From assembly GCF_036321535.1 (NCBI RefSeq), contig NC_087437.1, positions 22,508,001 to 22,572,000 on the forward strand: 64,000 nucleotides of DNA. Reading direction: 5' to 3'. This DNA is from Camelus dromedarius. Its lineage: Eukaryota. The translations under genes and the position numbers were made by a program. The notes below the pieces were generated by a model. It did no database searches. It was not told where the DNA came from and saw only the letters and a program-made list of their open reading frames with translations. Of this stretch, positions 10,747-23,400 are shown in pieces (the first letter of the stretch is position 1; the number at the start of each line of letters is the position of its first letter).

Positions 10747-13376
10747 GTGACAAAGACGTGTTAAGGGAAACAACAACTGCTTGTACAGATAAATCTCCTT
10801 CTTGGCTGAGAGAAACTAATCTAGTTGTGATAGTTTTAGATGAGAGAACTGATTTTCAGACCTGACTGGGAGGCTGTAACTCTCACTGAGACTTACTTTG
10901 AAAGCCAGCATGAGTTTCATGCTTCACTGGGGGCCGAACACTCTTGCAAAAATTCAAACTGGTGTTCAGAATAAAAAGATGTCTTACTAAGAGGATAAAA
11001 TCAGCTAAGTGCAGGCAAAAAACTTCTTAAATTTGGCCTCAGCTCTTGGGGTGTGCCCCTTAAGAGACTGGCAGATCTAGGGGGAAAGCCAAGGAGATTG
11101 TGGCTGGAAGAGATCCTACCAGGGCATAAACACCAAAGGAGGCCACTGCTCTCCAGGGAGTGCTGGTCTGTGGACAGATCGCCTTGAAGAAACTTCTCTC
11201 CTGGGGATGGAAATTGGATAAGAAGCATTCATGTTCAGTGATAGGGAAGCTGCCTATGCTCTCTCTGTATAAGTAGGATGGAGGAAAAAGTATATTATTT
11301 CTAGGTCAAGCAAGATGCCCTTTGGCGAGCAATGGTTCATTTTGGCCAGGATGACACTTGGTCAATAGTCTATAAATTGCAAATAGAGCAAAGGCACAGT
11401 GATCTGAGTCATGCAGAGAATGGGTTATGAGATGATTAGGAGCATGTGATGGATGGGAAAGGACTACACTGCAGCTGTGTCCACTGTTAGGCTGAAAATG
11501 CCTTGACAGAAAAGGAGATGCAATGTTGCATTTTTGTGCTTCTAGAGCGAAATCTAAAGAAAATTCCACATTAAGAGATGTTTAGCAGCAGGGCAGGGAA
11601 GCAAAAAGCATGACTCCTGGGATGGAAGATCTGGGTTTGAGTCCCAGTTCTCTAAGTCACTGGCTGTGTGATTTCTGAGCAGTATGTTTATCTCTCTGAG
11701 CCTTATTGGTATCCTAGGTGAACTGGCGATAAGAAGAATACCTACCCACACAGTGTGGAGAGTAAAATGAGATGAAGTATATTAAAAATGTTTTGTAAAG
11801 TCTTAGGACTTAGAAAGCACAAAATACCAAGGGTAATGTCATGGTTGGGAGTATGGCTACTAGAAGCCAACTCTATCTTGGGCTCTGTGCCTCGGTTTCC
11901 CTGTCTGAAAGTGGGCATAATAATGCAACTGATTCTCTAGGTATATAAACCAGTTACAATATGTCGAGTGCTCAGAAGAGTGTGGGGTATATGACAAGGG
12001 ATGTGTAAGTTTTTATATTAGTGTGATTTAAATTAATTTGCTCTGCAAAACATTTTCTGAAAAAAGATTCAGTGAGGATCTGGAAACAATTCTTCATCTG
12101 GAGGAAAAAATAGGCTGCCCTTGGACTCTTCCAGCATCCTTTCTTGTTACTTGGAGGAAAGGCTTTGTTTCTAGTGGCGTTTGTTCCTCTGAATTCTCTC
12201 TTCTAATGTGCTATAAGGAGAAGGTTCAGGCCTATTTGAATAGCAGAGCATCCCCTGGACATAGGGTGTTCTCCTTCTACTGCCTCCAGAAAGCCATTCG
12301 GTTCTGAGCAAGCTCCACGCTAGTCCAGAGCCCTGGAGCCTATACCCAAAGGAGGTTTGGCCGAGGCCCCACCTCCGTCTCTTCCTTCTCTCCACCCTTT
12401 TTCCCATTGAAGGCAGGGTCCACGTTTTATTCATCTTCTGACTTGTCTTAGAAACCCTTCATAGAACCTAGTCTTTTAGCAGTTTTCAGTCAACTGCTGG
12501 ACCAGCTCTCATGCAAAAAGACCTCAACATTTCACTTTCTTTGCCTCAATCCCTGACCCCTCTTGCACCTGTCTTCTTTCTTCCTTCTCTTTTCCCCAAG
12601 GTCTTTGATCCTTTGCTCTGCCTCTTCTTTGTGACCTCTGTTAAGTCCTCATACTCGACGTTAGCCTTTTGGCTTTCCTCCTCAAATATGACTTATTTTT
12701 GGTCCATCCAACTGCTCTGAATGAATAACCCACCAGACCAGCTCCTTTCCCTGGCTTGACTCCTCTAGGAAATCTACCCATCCTCTCACCTCTCTACTGA
12801 AAAGAGGAAATGAGATGACTACCCAGATAACAGCAAACATCATTTCTGCGTTGCTTGCTGTTCCCTTTCCAGAAAATAGCTATGGATGCTTGTTTAAACC
12901 CATAGTGATCATTGGCTCAGCCAACCCTGTGAACTAGTGATTGATACAAGTTTGAGAAGGAGGCAGAAAATACTTAGTTTATCATTCACAGTCAATCCTG
13001 TTTTATCCTTGGCCTTGGATCTTTAGTTCTTCCTCTTGACCCTAATGTAGTTAATCCTGATGCCCCCCTTCCCACCTATTTTCTCAGGTGGTAATTTTTA
13101 AAACTGTTGATATCCTAGAATCAGAGAGTATCAGCAGCAGTGCTAGAACTGTCCTTAGACAGGAAAAGAGCCTGGGCCCCTCTTCCACTGGTACCTATGC
13201 CTTGAGGGTTGACTCAGAATCAAGATGGCCCCAGTGGTGCTGGATTGCACTTAAACAAGACTATCTAGCCATTTTCTGGCCTGGAGTTTGTCCATCCATA
13301 GAAACATTCCAGGGACATTGACTGCTCTTAACAGCCTCACACAGTCCCCAGCTTTCCACCTCCAGACAAAGGATAT
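10747..13376 (-). other. SLC9A9: U12-type (minor spliceosome) AT-AC intron of SLC9A9, 2630 nt
   Basis: 5' splice site ATATCCTTT (13376-13368), branch site TTTCCCTTAAC (10770-10760) about 14 nt from the 3' end, terminal CAC (AC at 10748-10747). Splicing restores the in-frame junction ...VTAL|LTKFTK... Confidence 0.96.
11610..12020 (+). mobile_element. Two MIR copies inside the U12 intron
   Basis: gatctgggtttgagtcccagttctctaagtcactggctgtgtgatttctgagc (about 11628-11800) and ctctgtgcctcggtttccctgtctgaaagtgggcataataat (about 11883-12020). Confidence 0.75.
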
Positions 13377-13515
13377 CAGTGCTGTGACAACAGCATACGC
13401 AGACCCCATTGCAAATGAGCCGGCAAAGATCCCCAGGAAATTCCCCACGGACTGGAAGAATGCTGCAGCATCAAATGCATTTGGATTCTCCTTGGGACTG
13501 TAAATGGATATAGAA
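13377..13515 (-). CDS. SLC9A9: SLC9A9 (NHE9) internal coding exon, 139 nt (human exon 7 equivalent)
   Basis: The minus strand reads T|TCT ATA TCC ATT TAC..., i.e. (Y)[46 protein letters not shown], which I recognise as NHE9 transmembrane sequence. Upstream is a U2 acceptor (ctgactaac branch-like motif, pyrimidine tract, ttttcag, AG at 13517-13516). The exon ends at the U12 donor ATATCCTTT starting at 13376. Partly captured by ORF 13251..13448. Confidence 0.97.
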
Positions 13516-15169
13516 CTGAAAAGAGAAGAGAGTGAAGGTTAGTCAGTGACTTCCATCTCGTGGCCCAAACCCTAGAAGTTACAATTTAGCACCCACTTTC
13601 GGGGGGAGGACACCTTCTCCTATGAGATTAGGTGCTGTCTGGAAGAGTTCAGGGGAAACAAATGAGGACCAAGAGAGAAGGAGAAAGCAGAAAGCTCTCC
13701 CCTTCCGTACAGCCCAATCCCATGGTATCCATATATTGCTGCCAGTCAGTAAACATTTTTATATTGGAAGGGTCATAAAGAATATTGTTTCTGAGCAAAC
13801 TAGGCATTAAAACATGGTAGGTGTATAAGGAATCTGCTGAGGAGATAGATAACTGTGAATTATTTAGTGGCCATATGTCTTCAGCGCTGTTATATATTCA
13901 CAAATGTTCCTGATAAAAAGTGCACTTTTATAGCCTGTGCACAAATGGGCGATACAAATCACAGCATGCACAAAATATTCTGCTGTGATCTTGTCATAAA
14001 CCACAAAGCATTGCTCCTCTCCAGTGTAACCCTTCAGAAACAGAGCCCAGATGACGTTCAGAGCATCACAGCATTAACCCCTGGGGAGAGACAAAACCCT
14101 CGTTTTCCCACTGAAACAAATAGCAGCAGCTGCCTCGGGTCATTTTTCATACCCCGATTCTGGTGGTTGCCAACAGATTTATACCCATAGAGGAAAAATC
14201 AATCCACCAATAGGCAGTCTTTTCACTTAAATATTTTTGAGGATTTTATATTTGCTATTTTTTTTTAACCAAGGCCTCAAATCCCAGACTATTCATGTAA
14301 AGGACAAGGTATGTCTTATTTTAGGAAACATGAACTCCATATTATAGCATTAAAATGAACAGATGTGCTAGAGCCAGTAGCTTTGGGGAGACTAATGAAT
14401 TAACTGTTCAGATTTTTTTTGTTGTTGCAGTTTTTATTTTAATACGAGGTCTTTAAAAGTAATCAGACAAAAACAAGAGTTTCTCAGCAGCTTCTGGAAG
14501 GGACTTTGTAGCTGTGTAGAGAGCAAACAGTACACTAGACACACTGACTTAAGATTAGATTGGATTTTACAGAGATGTAACTGAATCTTTTACCGGCTGG
14601 ATGTTTAGGACACGTTAACTCTCTGACCTGACTTTTTGTGTCTAGAGACTAGTTAAGAGAAAGCAGGGGGAGTGGATTCCAATTCTCCTCTAGGAAGATG
14701 TCTGGCATAGAAAAGGTAGTTTTAAATGTTTTTAGCTTTTCCCTGGATGTCTTTAAACCGCCAAAGTAGGCCAAACCCTTCTGCTTTGATCACGTAATTG
14801 GATAAGGAAGATGAATGTGGATCTCAAATGGAACCCTGAAATGTATGCGAGAAAGGGATTGCCTTTGAAGTGTTTTTCCTCTTTGTAAAGTGTGGTGCTT
14901 TGCAGGAAAAAAAAAAAGAAAGGAAAAGCAAACCCATATTTGGGTCCATGGTAGCTGACAGGCCTGGGAAAGTGTGTGAAACCCCCTCGCTGTCATGAAA
15001 CTTGGTGCCTAAGGCCGTGTACGTGAGATGTGAACATATTTCTTCATTCCAATGAAGAAACAATAGTAATGAGAAAACATTCTAGTTGCAGTGTGCCTTT
15101 CAAACAAAGGTTTTTGCACAGTAACACAGTTTTTGTAAATAATTCTGTTAATTCCTCAGGCTGCCCCCA

Positions 15170-15530
15170 GCAGATCTGACTTATAGAACAGGACATCTTC
15201 ACCCCCATCTTCGCCTCCACATTCAGCAGAAGTGTTTTCTCTGTCCCCATGACTCTTGAGCCCGAAGCCCCACCAGCCCACCTTCTGGTCATATTCTGTG
15301 TCATTATTTTTGTGATGATTTTCTCTAAATCAACATATTTTTGTTCAAATGTAAATGCTTTTATTAAATAATCTTTATGAAATCATAGATTTGATGTGCT
15401 TACTATATTTCTTTCTAATACAAATGAGATTATGTAATTATAAATTTTGAAAAAAAAGAAGTTCACCTGTGTGTCACTTAAAATCATCTGGGTATCCCTA
15501 TGGGTTGATAGTCTGCATTTTGGGAAATGT
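15170..15530. mobile_element. hAT-Charlie remnant (MER113-like)
   Basis: atgaaatcatagatttgatgtgct ... cacttaaaatcatctgggtatccc...tttgggaaatg resembles the MER113 terminus. Confidence 0.55.
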
Positions 15531-15774
15531 TTTCTTCCTGGGCTCTGATCCCCACCCAACAGGGTACAGCCTACCTTCCCTGTGACGTCAGATTTAACTG
15601 AAAAGAAGAGCTTAAGTCTCCTTGACCTATAGAGGATTGCCCATTGAATTTGCCAGCCCTAAAGCACCTCAGGATGTTACCCAGGATGCACTGGGGACCT
15701 GCTCTATACCAGGAGATGCATTAGGTGCAAGGTGTTGGGGGCAGGCAGGGAAGGGCATAGAAAAGAGAAGCAGA

Positions 15775-16150
15775 ATTAAGCTAACAAACATTTTATTGAC
15801 CACCTGCAAGACATAGGCAGAGAAGCCTAAGATATAGATGACAACTAGCTATAGTCATAGTGCTGAGTGTGACTTTGTGAGAGATGTACAACATTTATTG
15901 GGGCAAAAGAGGAAAGGGAGACTATTTTAGAATAGAGGGGGTCATGTTTGAGCAAGGAAGCAAGTCAATAGTCAGTGATAGGGAGAGGGTATTCCAGGCA
16001 GTGGAAAGAGTGGAAGCAAAGGCAAGGAGGCAGGTGAGTTAAGGGCACTTCAAGGTAGAACCATATAGTTACGGCTAGAGCCTAGGGGCATGTATGTGGG
16101 CAACCGTGGAGGGGTAAATGTGGGTAGGTGGCATCACCCAGAGCTTTAAA
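15775..16150 (-). mobile_element. L2 fragment
   Basis: aacaaacattttattgaccacctgc...gagggtattccaggcagtggaaagagtggaagcaaaggcaaggagg. Confidence 0.65.
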
Positions 16151-17839
16151 TTCCACATTAAAAATATACAAAAGCCCTCACAGTTACATAATATTTAGTT
16201 CTCTTATGCCTGCATTATAACCTTATTTGATCCTATAAAATGTATGCTAGATAAATAGAGAGGTAAGGTTAACTTTTTCTTTCTCCCAACTCCCGTTTTT
16301 TAAATAAAATACATCAAATCAAGACTGAAGGTGACACTTGGGACTCTCAGTTTGAGCCTCAAAGATCTGATCCTTATTGGCTGAAAGGCCTTGGGTAAGT
16401 TACTTCATCATACTCAGACTCAGTTTCAAAGTCTGTAAAGTAGATATAATAGTAAGTACTTATCCCCCAGAAATGTATGAGGATATGAGGTACATTTAGA
16501 ATCTGTATATTTACCTTGTGGGTTGTAGGGCCAGTCATTGAGTGCTGATTATGTGCACAAAAAATTAACACTCAGTGAATGTTAACTTCCATCACCAACA
16601 TCGTCATCATCATTCTACTAAGGACTTCCACAAGCTCCTGAGGACAGAGAGCAGAGTGCCGTGGCTAAACCAGGCCTCGGTCCCCACTACGGGCCAGTGG
16701 GGTATGGCTTCCCTCCCAGCACCATGTGCTTCCAGGTTGCTGCAGGGGAACCAGTCACTTTTTCATGGGAACAGATGGGTTTCCAGGGAGGAACTGGCCA
16801 CAGAAGTGAGGCTAGCAGGTTGTCACGTTTAGTGCGGAGCTCCTGGCTCTGAGAATTAAGGAGGAAAGGAGTGTCCTCAGCCGTCTGGACAGGGATCTGC
16901 CCCAGGACAGGAACAGGCCAGGAGACTGGGCTTGAGTTGCATCTCCCCAGGTTTAACAGGGGATGTTCTGCAGGCAAAGCCCTCTGGCTTTTGGCGAGGA
17001 GTGAGGTAAAGAAAGCAGGAGCCTGTGGTTCAGGGATGTTGCATCTCTCCCGACTGCCAGGGTCTTAGGAGGTGGTTCCTCCAGGCTCTAACTCAGCTTC
17101 AACACTAAGCCTCTGGATTATGGCACAGCAGCTGCAGAGGGTGTTTTTGGAAACAACTGAGGGTTTGGGTAGTGGGTGTAGAGTTTTCCGACTTCAACCC
17201 GAGAGAGGAAGGAATATCATGTTCCAACGGTTTCAGCACTTTGGACTTAAAAAGGAAACACCTCCTCCTCTGCACCAAGGGAGAGGCTTGAACCACTAGT
17301 GGATGCAAATACCAAAGTGGGGAGAGGTGAGGAAGAGGAATTAGACGTTCTGCTAACCTGTGGTGCTTGTTCTTTGGGACAACACTCTGAAGAGGTACTA
17401 TTCATAGAACAAGCTGGAGAAGATAGATCTGTGGCCCCCAGATTTCTGGAAAAGAATATTTGAGTTGGAGGGAACCAATATCCTTGAAAATGGCATGACC
17501 AGAAATACACAGTGGTGTTTAAATATTCATCTCATAAATTGGAAATAAGTCCAGGTTATTGATTCATTCTGTTCAGAAACAGATTATTCAGCAAAAACTA
17601 GTTTGATGATATGTATTGCATCCAGTCTCAGAAATAAATGTGTATATCTTTTACTCAAAAGTTTTGAAATGTATGAAATATCCTAAATTCCTTTGATGAG
17701 AGCAAGTTGAATAAGGATCATACTACTCACCAGGTCATTTAAGATTCATAGACATGAGGGAAACTCCAGTGTTTCTCAACAACCTATCTTTTCATCTTTA
17801 TAATGTTCGTGCAGGGAGCCCACCTGGCAGCTTAGGTAG

Positions 17840-18105
17840 CATTACGAGCATAGTATCTGAATCTGAGATCTGGGTGCAAATCTCAGCTCTGCCACTTACT
17901 GGCTGTGTGACCTCAAGCAAGTTACTTAAAGACTATATGAACCTCAGTTTCATATCATGATGATGGTTAAAACACGATAATAAACATCAGGATGATAATA
18001 ATTGTACCTGTCACATAAGATTGCTCTGAGAAATCAATAAATTAATGTTTTTAAAGCATTTGAAGAAGTACTTGGCACATATTAAGAACTAGGTAAACAT
18101 TTCTT
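17840..18105 (+). mobile_element. MIR
   Basis: tgggtgcaaatctcagctctgccacttactggctgtgtgacctcaagcaagttacttaa...aacctcagtttc. Confidence 0.85.
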
Positions 18106-18135
18106 AAGTAAATCATTGTTTTTCAAATAACCCAT

Positions 18136-18208
18136 CCCTCCTCCTCTCCTCTTCCTCCTCCTCCTCCTTCTCTCTCTTTCCTTCTCTTTCTCTCTCTCTC
18201 TCTCACTC
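18136..18208 (+). repeat. CT-rich low-complexity polypyrimidine tract
   Basis: (cct)n and (ct)n runs seen directly. Confidence 0.85.
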
Positions 18209-21119
18209 AGAGCTTGGTTTCATTCTAAAAGAAGTATCTCAAACTGGATGTCCAATCAATACCTCAATCAAAACAGAACTAAGGCATCATCACCTATCTC
18301 TCTCACGTGCTGACTGGTCCCTGGTCTTGAATCTATGGGTTTCAGGGACCATTTGAGCTTACCGATTGTGAAGAATGGCATGGGGCACATATGCTCAACA
18401 AATGCTACTGATGAAGAAGAAGGAGAAGGGGAGAGGGGAAAAGAAGTAAAATGAAGAGGAGGTGTGTAAGAAGGTACTGCAATTATGCTGAGTGAAAATG
18501 AGATAATGTGTGGAAAGTAGTCTATAAATGGTACCACCATCACTGCCACCAATGCCATCCCTTCCAAAACTCTGGCCATCTTCCCATTCTGGACCCTATG
18601 AAGTCATTTATTTCCTGATTCTTACAATCTTTCTCGAGACCACCCCATTTCCAACACCACCCACTCCTGTTACTCTTTACTGCTACTGCTAAAATATTTC
18701 CCCCACAATTACTCACAGAAACTACCCAACAACCTCAAATTACCAGGCAGCCATTTTTTCATAACGATGCTCTCCTCTGACTGGTCCTCCCAGCTTCCAT
18801 ACGTAATCCACTCACTGTCCTGGGTGCCTGATTAGGACAACCTGCTTCTCTATCTCCCAGTCCTGTCTCATTTCTTCTATCAACATGAAATCAATGCTAC
18901 TTTAAGAATTTTAGAAGGAAAGTATTATGCAAATACATAGTATCCTTTTTAGAATTTCTGTGAATTTAATCGTTAAAGAAAAAAAGGGGAGATGATTACT
19001 ATAGCCAAAGATACACAAAAGAGCCTCCCATTTTTCTCTGCCAAATCTTTAATCCCTAACAATTTTTTTTTTCTAACTGCTGGCACCAGTTTATTGCAGA
19101 GTTTTTGATTAGTTGGGACATATACATGAATATTTTTTTCCAATCACTGATTCTAACTGTACTATATTGAATCCCTCTTTGTGCTGGGTGTATAGTTTAA
19201 TTAATGATGTCTTGGTCAAATTCCATTATCCAACTCCTTTCAGCTTTTAAAACTTAGTGCTGTCCAGCTTAAAACCTAAATCATCAAAGCAGTATTCTTC
19301 TCCCTGCAGAATATTCTAGAGCAGCAGGCAGGATGATTTAGAACGAAGGAGAGGCAGAAGAGGTACCTTCCACCACCTTCCTGGGTACCAGCACCCCCTG
19401 GTGATGGAGGCATGAAGGATGGATGGGAGCCAAGCTCTCCATCTTAGGTGGCCCACTGCTTGTCCATAGTGGTCAGGGGCCCCTGGCCTCACTCTTGTTC
19501 CTGCTTGATTCTTCTCTTGGATGCCTCTGCTGACATGGTGGCACCTCTATTTTTTTGAGAGTCCCCTCTCTGGAGCCACTCAATTTTCCATCTGCCCTGC
19601 CAGCTATACACATCCCCAGCCCTTTTCTTTGGTTTGGATCAGGGGCCACTTGGGCAGGTCAGTGGCTCTCACCTCTCTCTTGATCACTCCCCAAACACAG
19701 CAAACCAGGGAGCGTTCAGGTCCTGCTGACACAGAAGGCTCCTGCTGATTCCTTTCAGAAATCTCTAGGCCAACCCTTGTGTTCTCGTGCTCTCCTATTC
19801 CAAGAAGCCACACACAAGAGTTCCCTTCTCTGCTCTGTTTTGGGAGGACCTCAGCCCCCCTTCAGTTCCCTCCATGGGGGATGAGCTGGAAGCCCTTTTC
19901 TCGCAGACAGTTCCAGTCTATCTGGATGATTCCAGGGGGTTCCTTCCACTTGACTTAGGGGAGAGGAATCTCTTTCATGGGGAGGGGTAATAGCTTCACA
20001 TTTCAACCTGCACTCTCTCCAAGGAGGACCCCCTTTCTTTCCTATCCCTTTTATATACTGATTTGAGACCAGGTTGATGAGGTAGAAATGGGAGGTAATG
20101 AGGCTAATTCTGTTGCCAATTAAGCCTGTTGGGAGGTGTGTGGTCCTAACTGCTGGGCAGCCCAGAGGCTCCTTTTAGTACTAAGGCATTTAGCAACTTA
20201 TGTTTTCAGCTCTGCTCCCTAAACTCAATTTGGAAAACCAGAAAAGACTCACATTACAGGATGATACACCTTTTGACCTTTATGTTCAGGTGCTTCTAGT
20301 TTCTTTTCTCCCCAACTATCGGGAGCTGCCTTGCCATTCTGCTCTGAAGGATGCATTTTAAGGAGAAACACAACACAAAGGGGTGATGGAAATTTGTAAA
20401 AGCTGCTCTGTTTGGCTGGCCCTAAGTGTCACAGGTAAGAAACAAAGTAGAAGAAAAACTAATTACAGTGCTATTTTGTGTTTAAAATTTTTTATCCTCC
20501 CTCCAAAAAAAGAGAAACAAGTAGATCTTTATTTATTATTTATCTTTTAATAACTGTATCAACCTTCCCTTTCTCAAGAAGTTGCTTAATTATGAATAAC
20601 GAATTGATTTTTACGGGGCCAAGAATTGTGTGTACACATTGGAATTCACTCTGGCATCTGCTTGCCCATTATTCTGGCTTATGTTCTGCCAAAGGCCGAT
20701 GAAGCTCTTTCAAGAGAACCTGCTGTAAAACATAATGACTTGAGGAACTGGGGGCATTCCAGGCACCCTGGGAGTTTAGAAGAGCTGCCTTTTAATAATA
20801 AGAGGAGCTGGCCAGAAGTTCGCTGAGCTTGAGTTAGAACCATAGGATTTCACCTTTCCAAGGGCCAATAACCCTGCAGGGTTAAGAGCTGTGTTTGGGG
20901 AGGTACATCAATTAACTCTTTCGGCTTCTGGAGGACTGTTTAGTTAATGACTGCTCCCTGAGAATCCAAATTCATACCAAAGAGTGATTTCCCAAATCCT
21001 GGACAAAGACCATTTTGTCATTTTGAGGTCTGGCACAAGAAAGAAAAAGACAAGAATTCTGTGAGAAGTATGAGTTAGTATACCATGGCTGCCTCCAGAA
21101 TAATAGGATCTCAGGCTGA

Positions 21120-21680
21120 ATTAACAGATTCAGTCCATCCACATATTTACTGAGCACCTACAATCTGCAGACATTGTTCTAGGCACTAAAGATACAGAAG
21201 GAAACACAACAAAGCTTCTGACCTCATGTTCCTTGCATTCCAGTGGAGAAGACGACATAATAAATAGCTAAGCAAATAGACATATGATTTAATGACAGAG
21301 ACTGAAAAGAAAAATGAAGCATCATGAGGGGATGGGATAGAGTCTACTGGGGGTGCTGCTTTAGTTAAGGTGGACAGGAAAGGCTTCTCTGAAAAACATT
21401 ATGAAGTGGAGTCCTGAGTGGAAAAAGCGGGGTGAGCCTTCTAGTCCCTAAAGCAGAGCTGCCTCGGTAGGTCTGAGGAGCCTCAAGGAGGCAGGGTACC
21501 TGGAGGGCAATGAACAAGGGGAGAGAGTGTGGTGGGAGACAGGGCTGGAGATGGGGTTGGGGCCAGGTCTTGTGGAAGCTTTCAGGACTTTCTCAGGACT
21601 TAGGATTTTCCTCTAGGGGTGAAAGGGCTTCCACTGGAGAGTCCAGGGTAGAGGAAAGCATGGTATAGAACATTCCAGGT
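21120..21680 (-). mobile_element. L2 3' region
   Basis: catccacatatttactgagcacctacaatctgcagacattgttctaggcactaaagatacag...gtggacaggaaaggcttctctga. Confidence 0.85.
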
Positions 21681-21929
21681 GGAGGCTATGTTATAACATC
21701 TGAGGGAGCTGGAGTCAGCATGGCCCCATTGTACTCCTCAGTGGCTGGAGCAGACCAGGCCTCTCTTCACTGGTCTGGATGCCACCACCTGAATGAGACC
21801 TGACAAACCACAGCAGACCCCAGGAGAAAAAGTAGGAAGGAAGGTGTGGGAAGGAAGGTGTAAATAAGGAGGAGAGTTTAAAAGACAGATGGACTTAGAA
21901 ACAGCTACAGTAAGCACTTGAAAGGTGAT

Positions 21930-22230
21930 CATGCCGAGGAAGGACTGGCCTCGTTCTTTGTGTTTCCAGAAGGCAAGATAAAGACCCCAAGTAAGACATC
22001 AGAGGGAGAAAGAGTTCAGCTTTATATTCTATTTCAGAACTTCCTAATTCTTAGATCTGATGGGAAATGAAATGGGATCTATAAAAGCAAGTTCTCTGTC
22101 ATTGGAGATACTTAAACACAGCATGAAAGAGTTACCTGTCAGGTACTATGGAGGAAATTCATGCACTAGACAGTGGCATAATGGGGCCTCAAGGAACCTC
22201 CCACCCCAAGAGTCACCAACTCTCTGTATT
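21930..22230 (+). mobile_element. L3/CR1 3' end
   Basis: gttcagctttatatt...agaacttcctaattcttag...gcaagttctctgtcattggagatacttaaacacagc...acctgtcagg. Confidence 0.6.
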
Positions 22231-23129
22231 TTCCAGCTTCCTCCAGGACTATCAGGAGAGGGATGGAGAGTACTCAGCTTTCTGTGCCAAACCAGATCCT
22301 GCCACTAGAAACGGCTGAGAATTTAGTGAGCAGTGGGGAAGCAATGAAGGCACCGATGATTGAGGCTGGAGCCAGGTTGATAATGACATTAAGAACAGTT
22401 ACAAATTTCAGCATGGAATAGTCTTTGACGGAGTCCTAAGTGGCTCTGGTCCATTAAGTTCCAAGTTTAAAGTGACAAAGAGAGCTCTGTGTTTAAAACT
22501 GGTTAAAGGGAAGAAGAGTTGAAGGAGGTTTGTTATGAATTATATGTGCATTTCCTTTGAAAGGAGACCTTAAATTACTTTGCAATTTAGCCTGAAAAGT
22601 CTTGTCAGAATTGAGTTAGTCTGTGGGCTTTGAGAATTTTTCTCTTACACCTAATATTGAGAGAAAAGTGAATTTGAGATAGTCCTAAATATAAAAGTAA
22701 CTTGCAAATACTCTTATTTCATTTTCTTTCTTTCTTCCTTTCTTTCTTTTCTGAAGCAGAAACAGGAATTTGAATCGCACTACCGTGAGCCTATTTAAAA
22801 GAGAGAGACTAATTCTCATGATCTAATGGGAGCTTCAACCCCCTTCTCCAACTTTTCAGTTCCTTTAATCCTTGCTAATGAAATCTTAGCTCCAAAGAGT
22901 ACTGTGATATGTGAAACTTTTAGTCATAATAGATATAAAAAGACATAGAAAAGTAGGTTAATAGCCACTAAAGATGGAAATCTAGTTAAAATTAAAATAT
23001 AATCATTAACAGGCACAAGAAAGACCAAATATTAATCCCCAAGGTTGAAATGCAGAAGGGGGTCAGGTGCTTCAACATTTTCTGAGCACTCAGAATACTT
23101 ATCATTCTCTGCATTCGTTCCTACAGAGC

Positions 23130-23400
23130 ATTTAAGAATTTTTATCAACATTATCTCATTTAACCCTCACAGGGGCCTCCTGAAGTAGCTGCTATTATGA
23201 TTTCCATTTTATAGATGAGGAAACCACGGTTTAGAGAAATTCAGTAACTTTGTATATTTTACTTCATTTAATCCTTCCAACCATCTAATGAAAATATTTG
23301 CCTTTTAGAGATCAATAGACCCAGGGATGGTAAATCACTTGCCCCAAGTAACTCCCTAGTAGCTGGAGGGGCAGGCACTCAACTCAGGCCTCACTGTTGA
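23130..23400 (-). mobile_element. MIR fragments
   Basis: attatctcatttaaccctcac...tttccattttatagatgaggaaacc...agagaaattcagtaactttg. Confidence 0.75.

Noticed and set aside
13251..13448. Minus-strand ORF treated as a standalone 65-aa gene
   Set aside because: Only 13377-13448 is exonic; the rest is read-through into the U12 intron.
13288..13503. Plus-strand 71-aa ORF that looks protein-like
   Set aside because: It is the antisense shadow of the SLC9A9 exon.
17232..17252. REST/RE1-like TTCAGCACTTTGGAC
   Set aside because: The right half of the RE1 consensus (AGCGCC) is absent.
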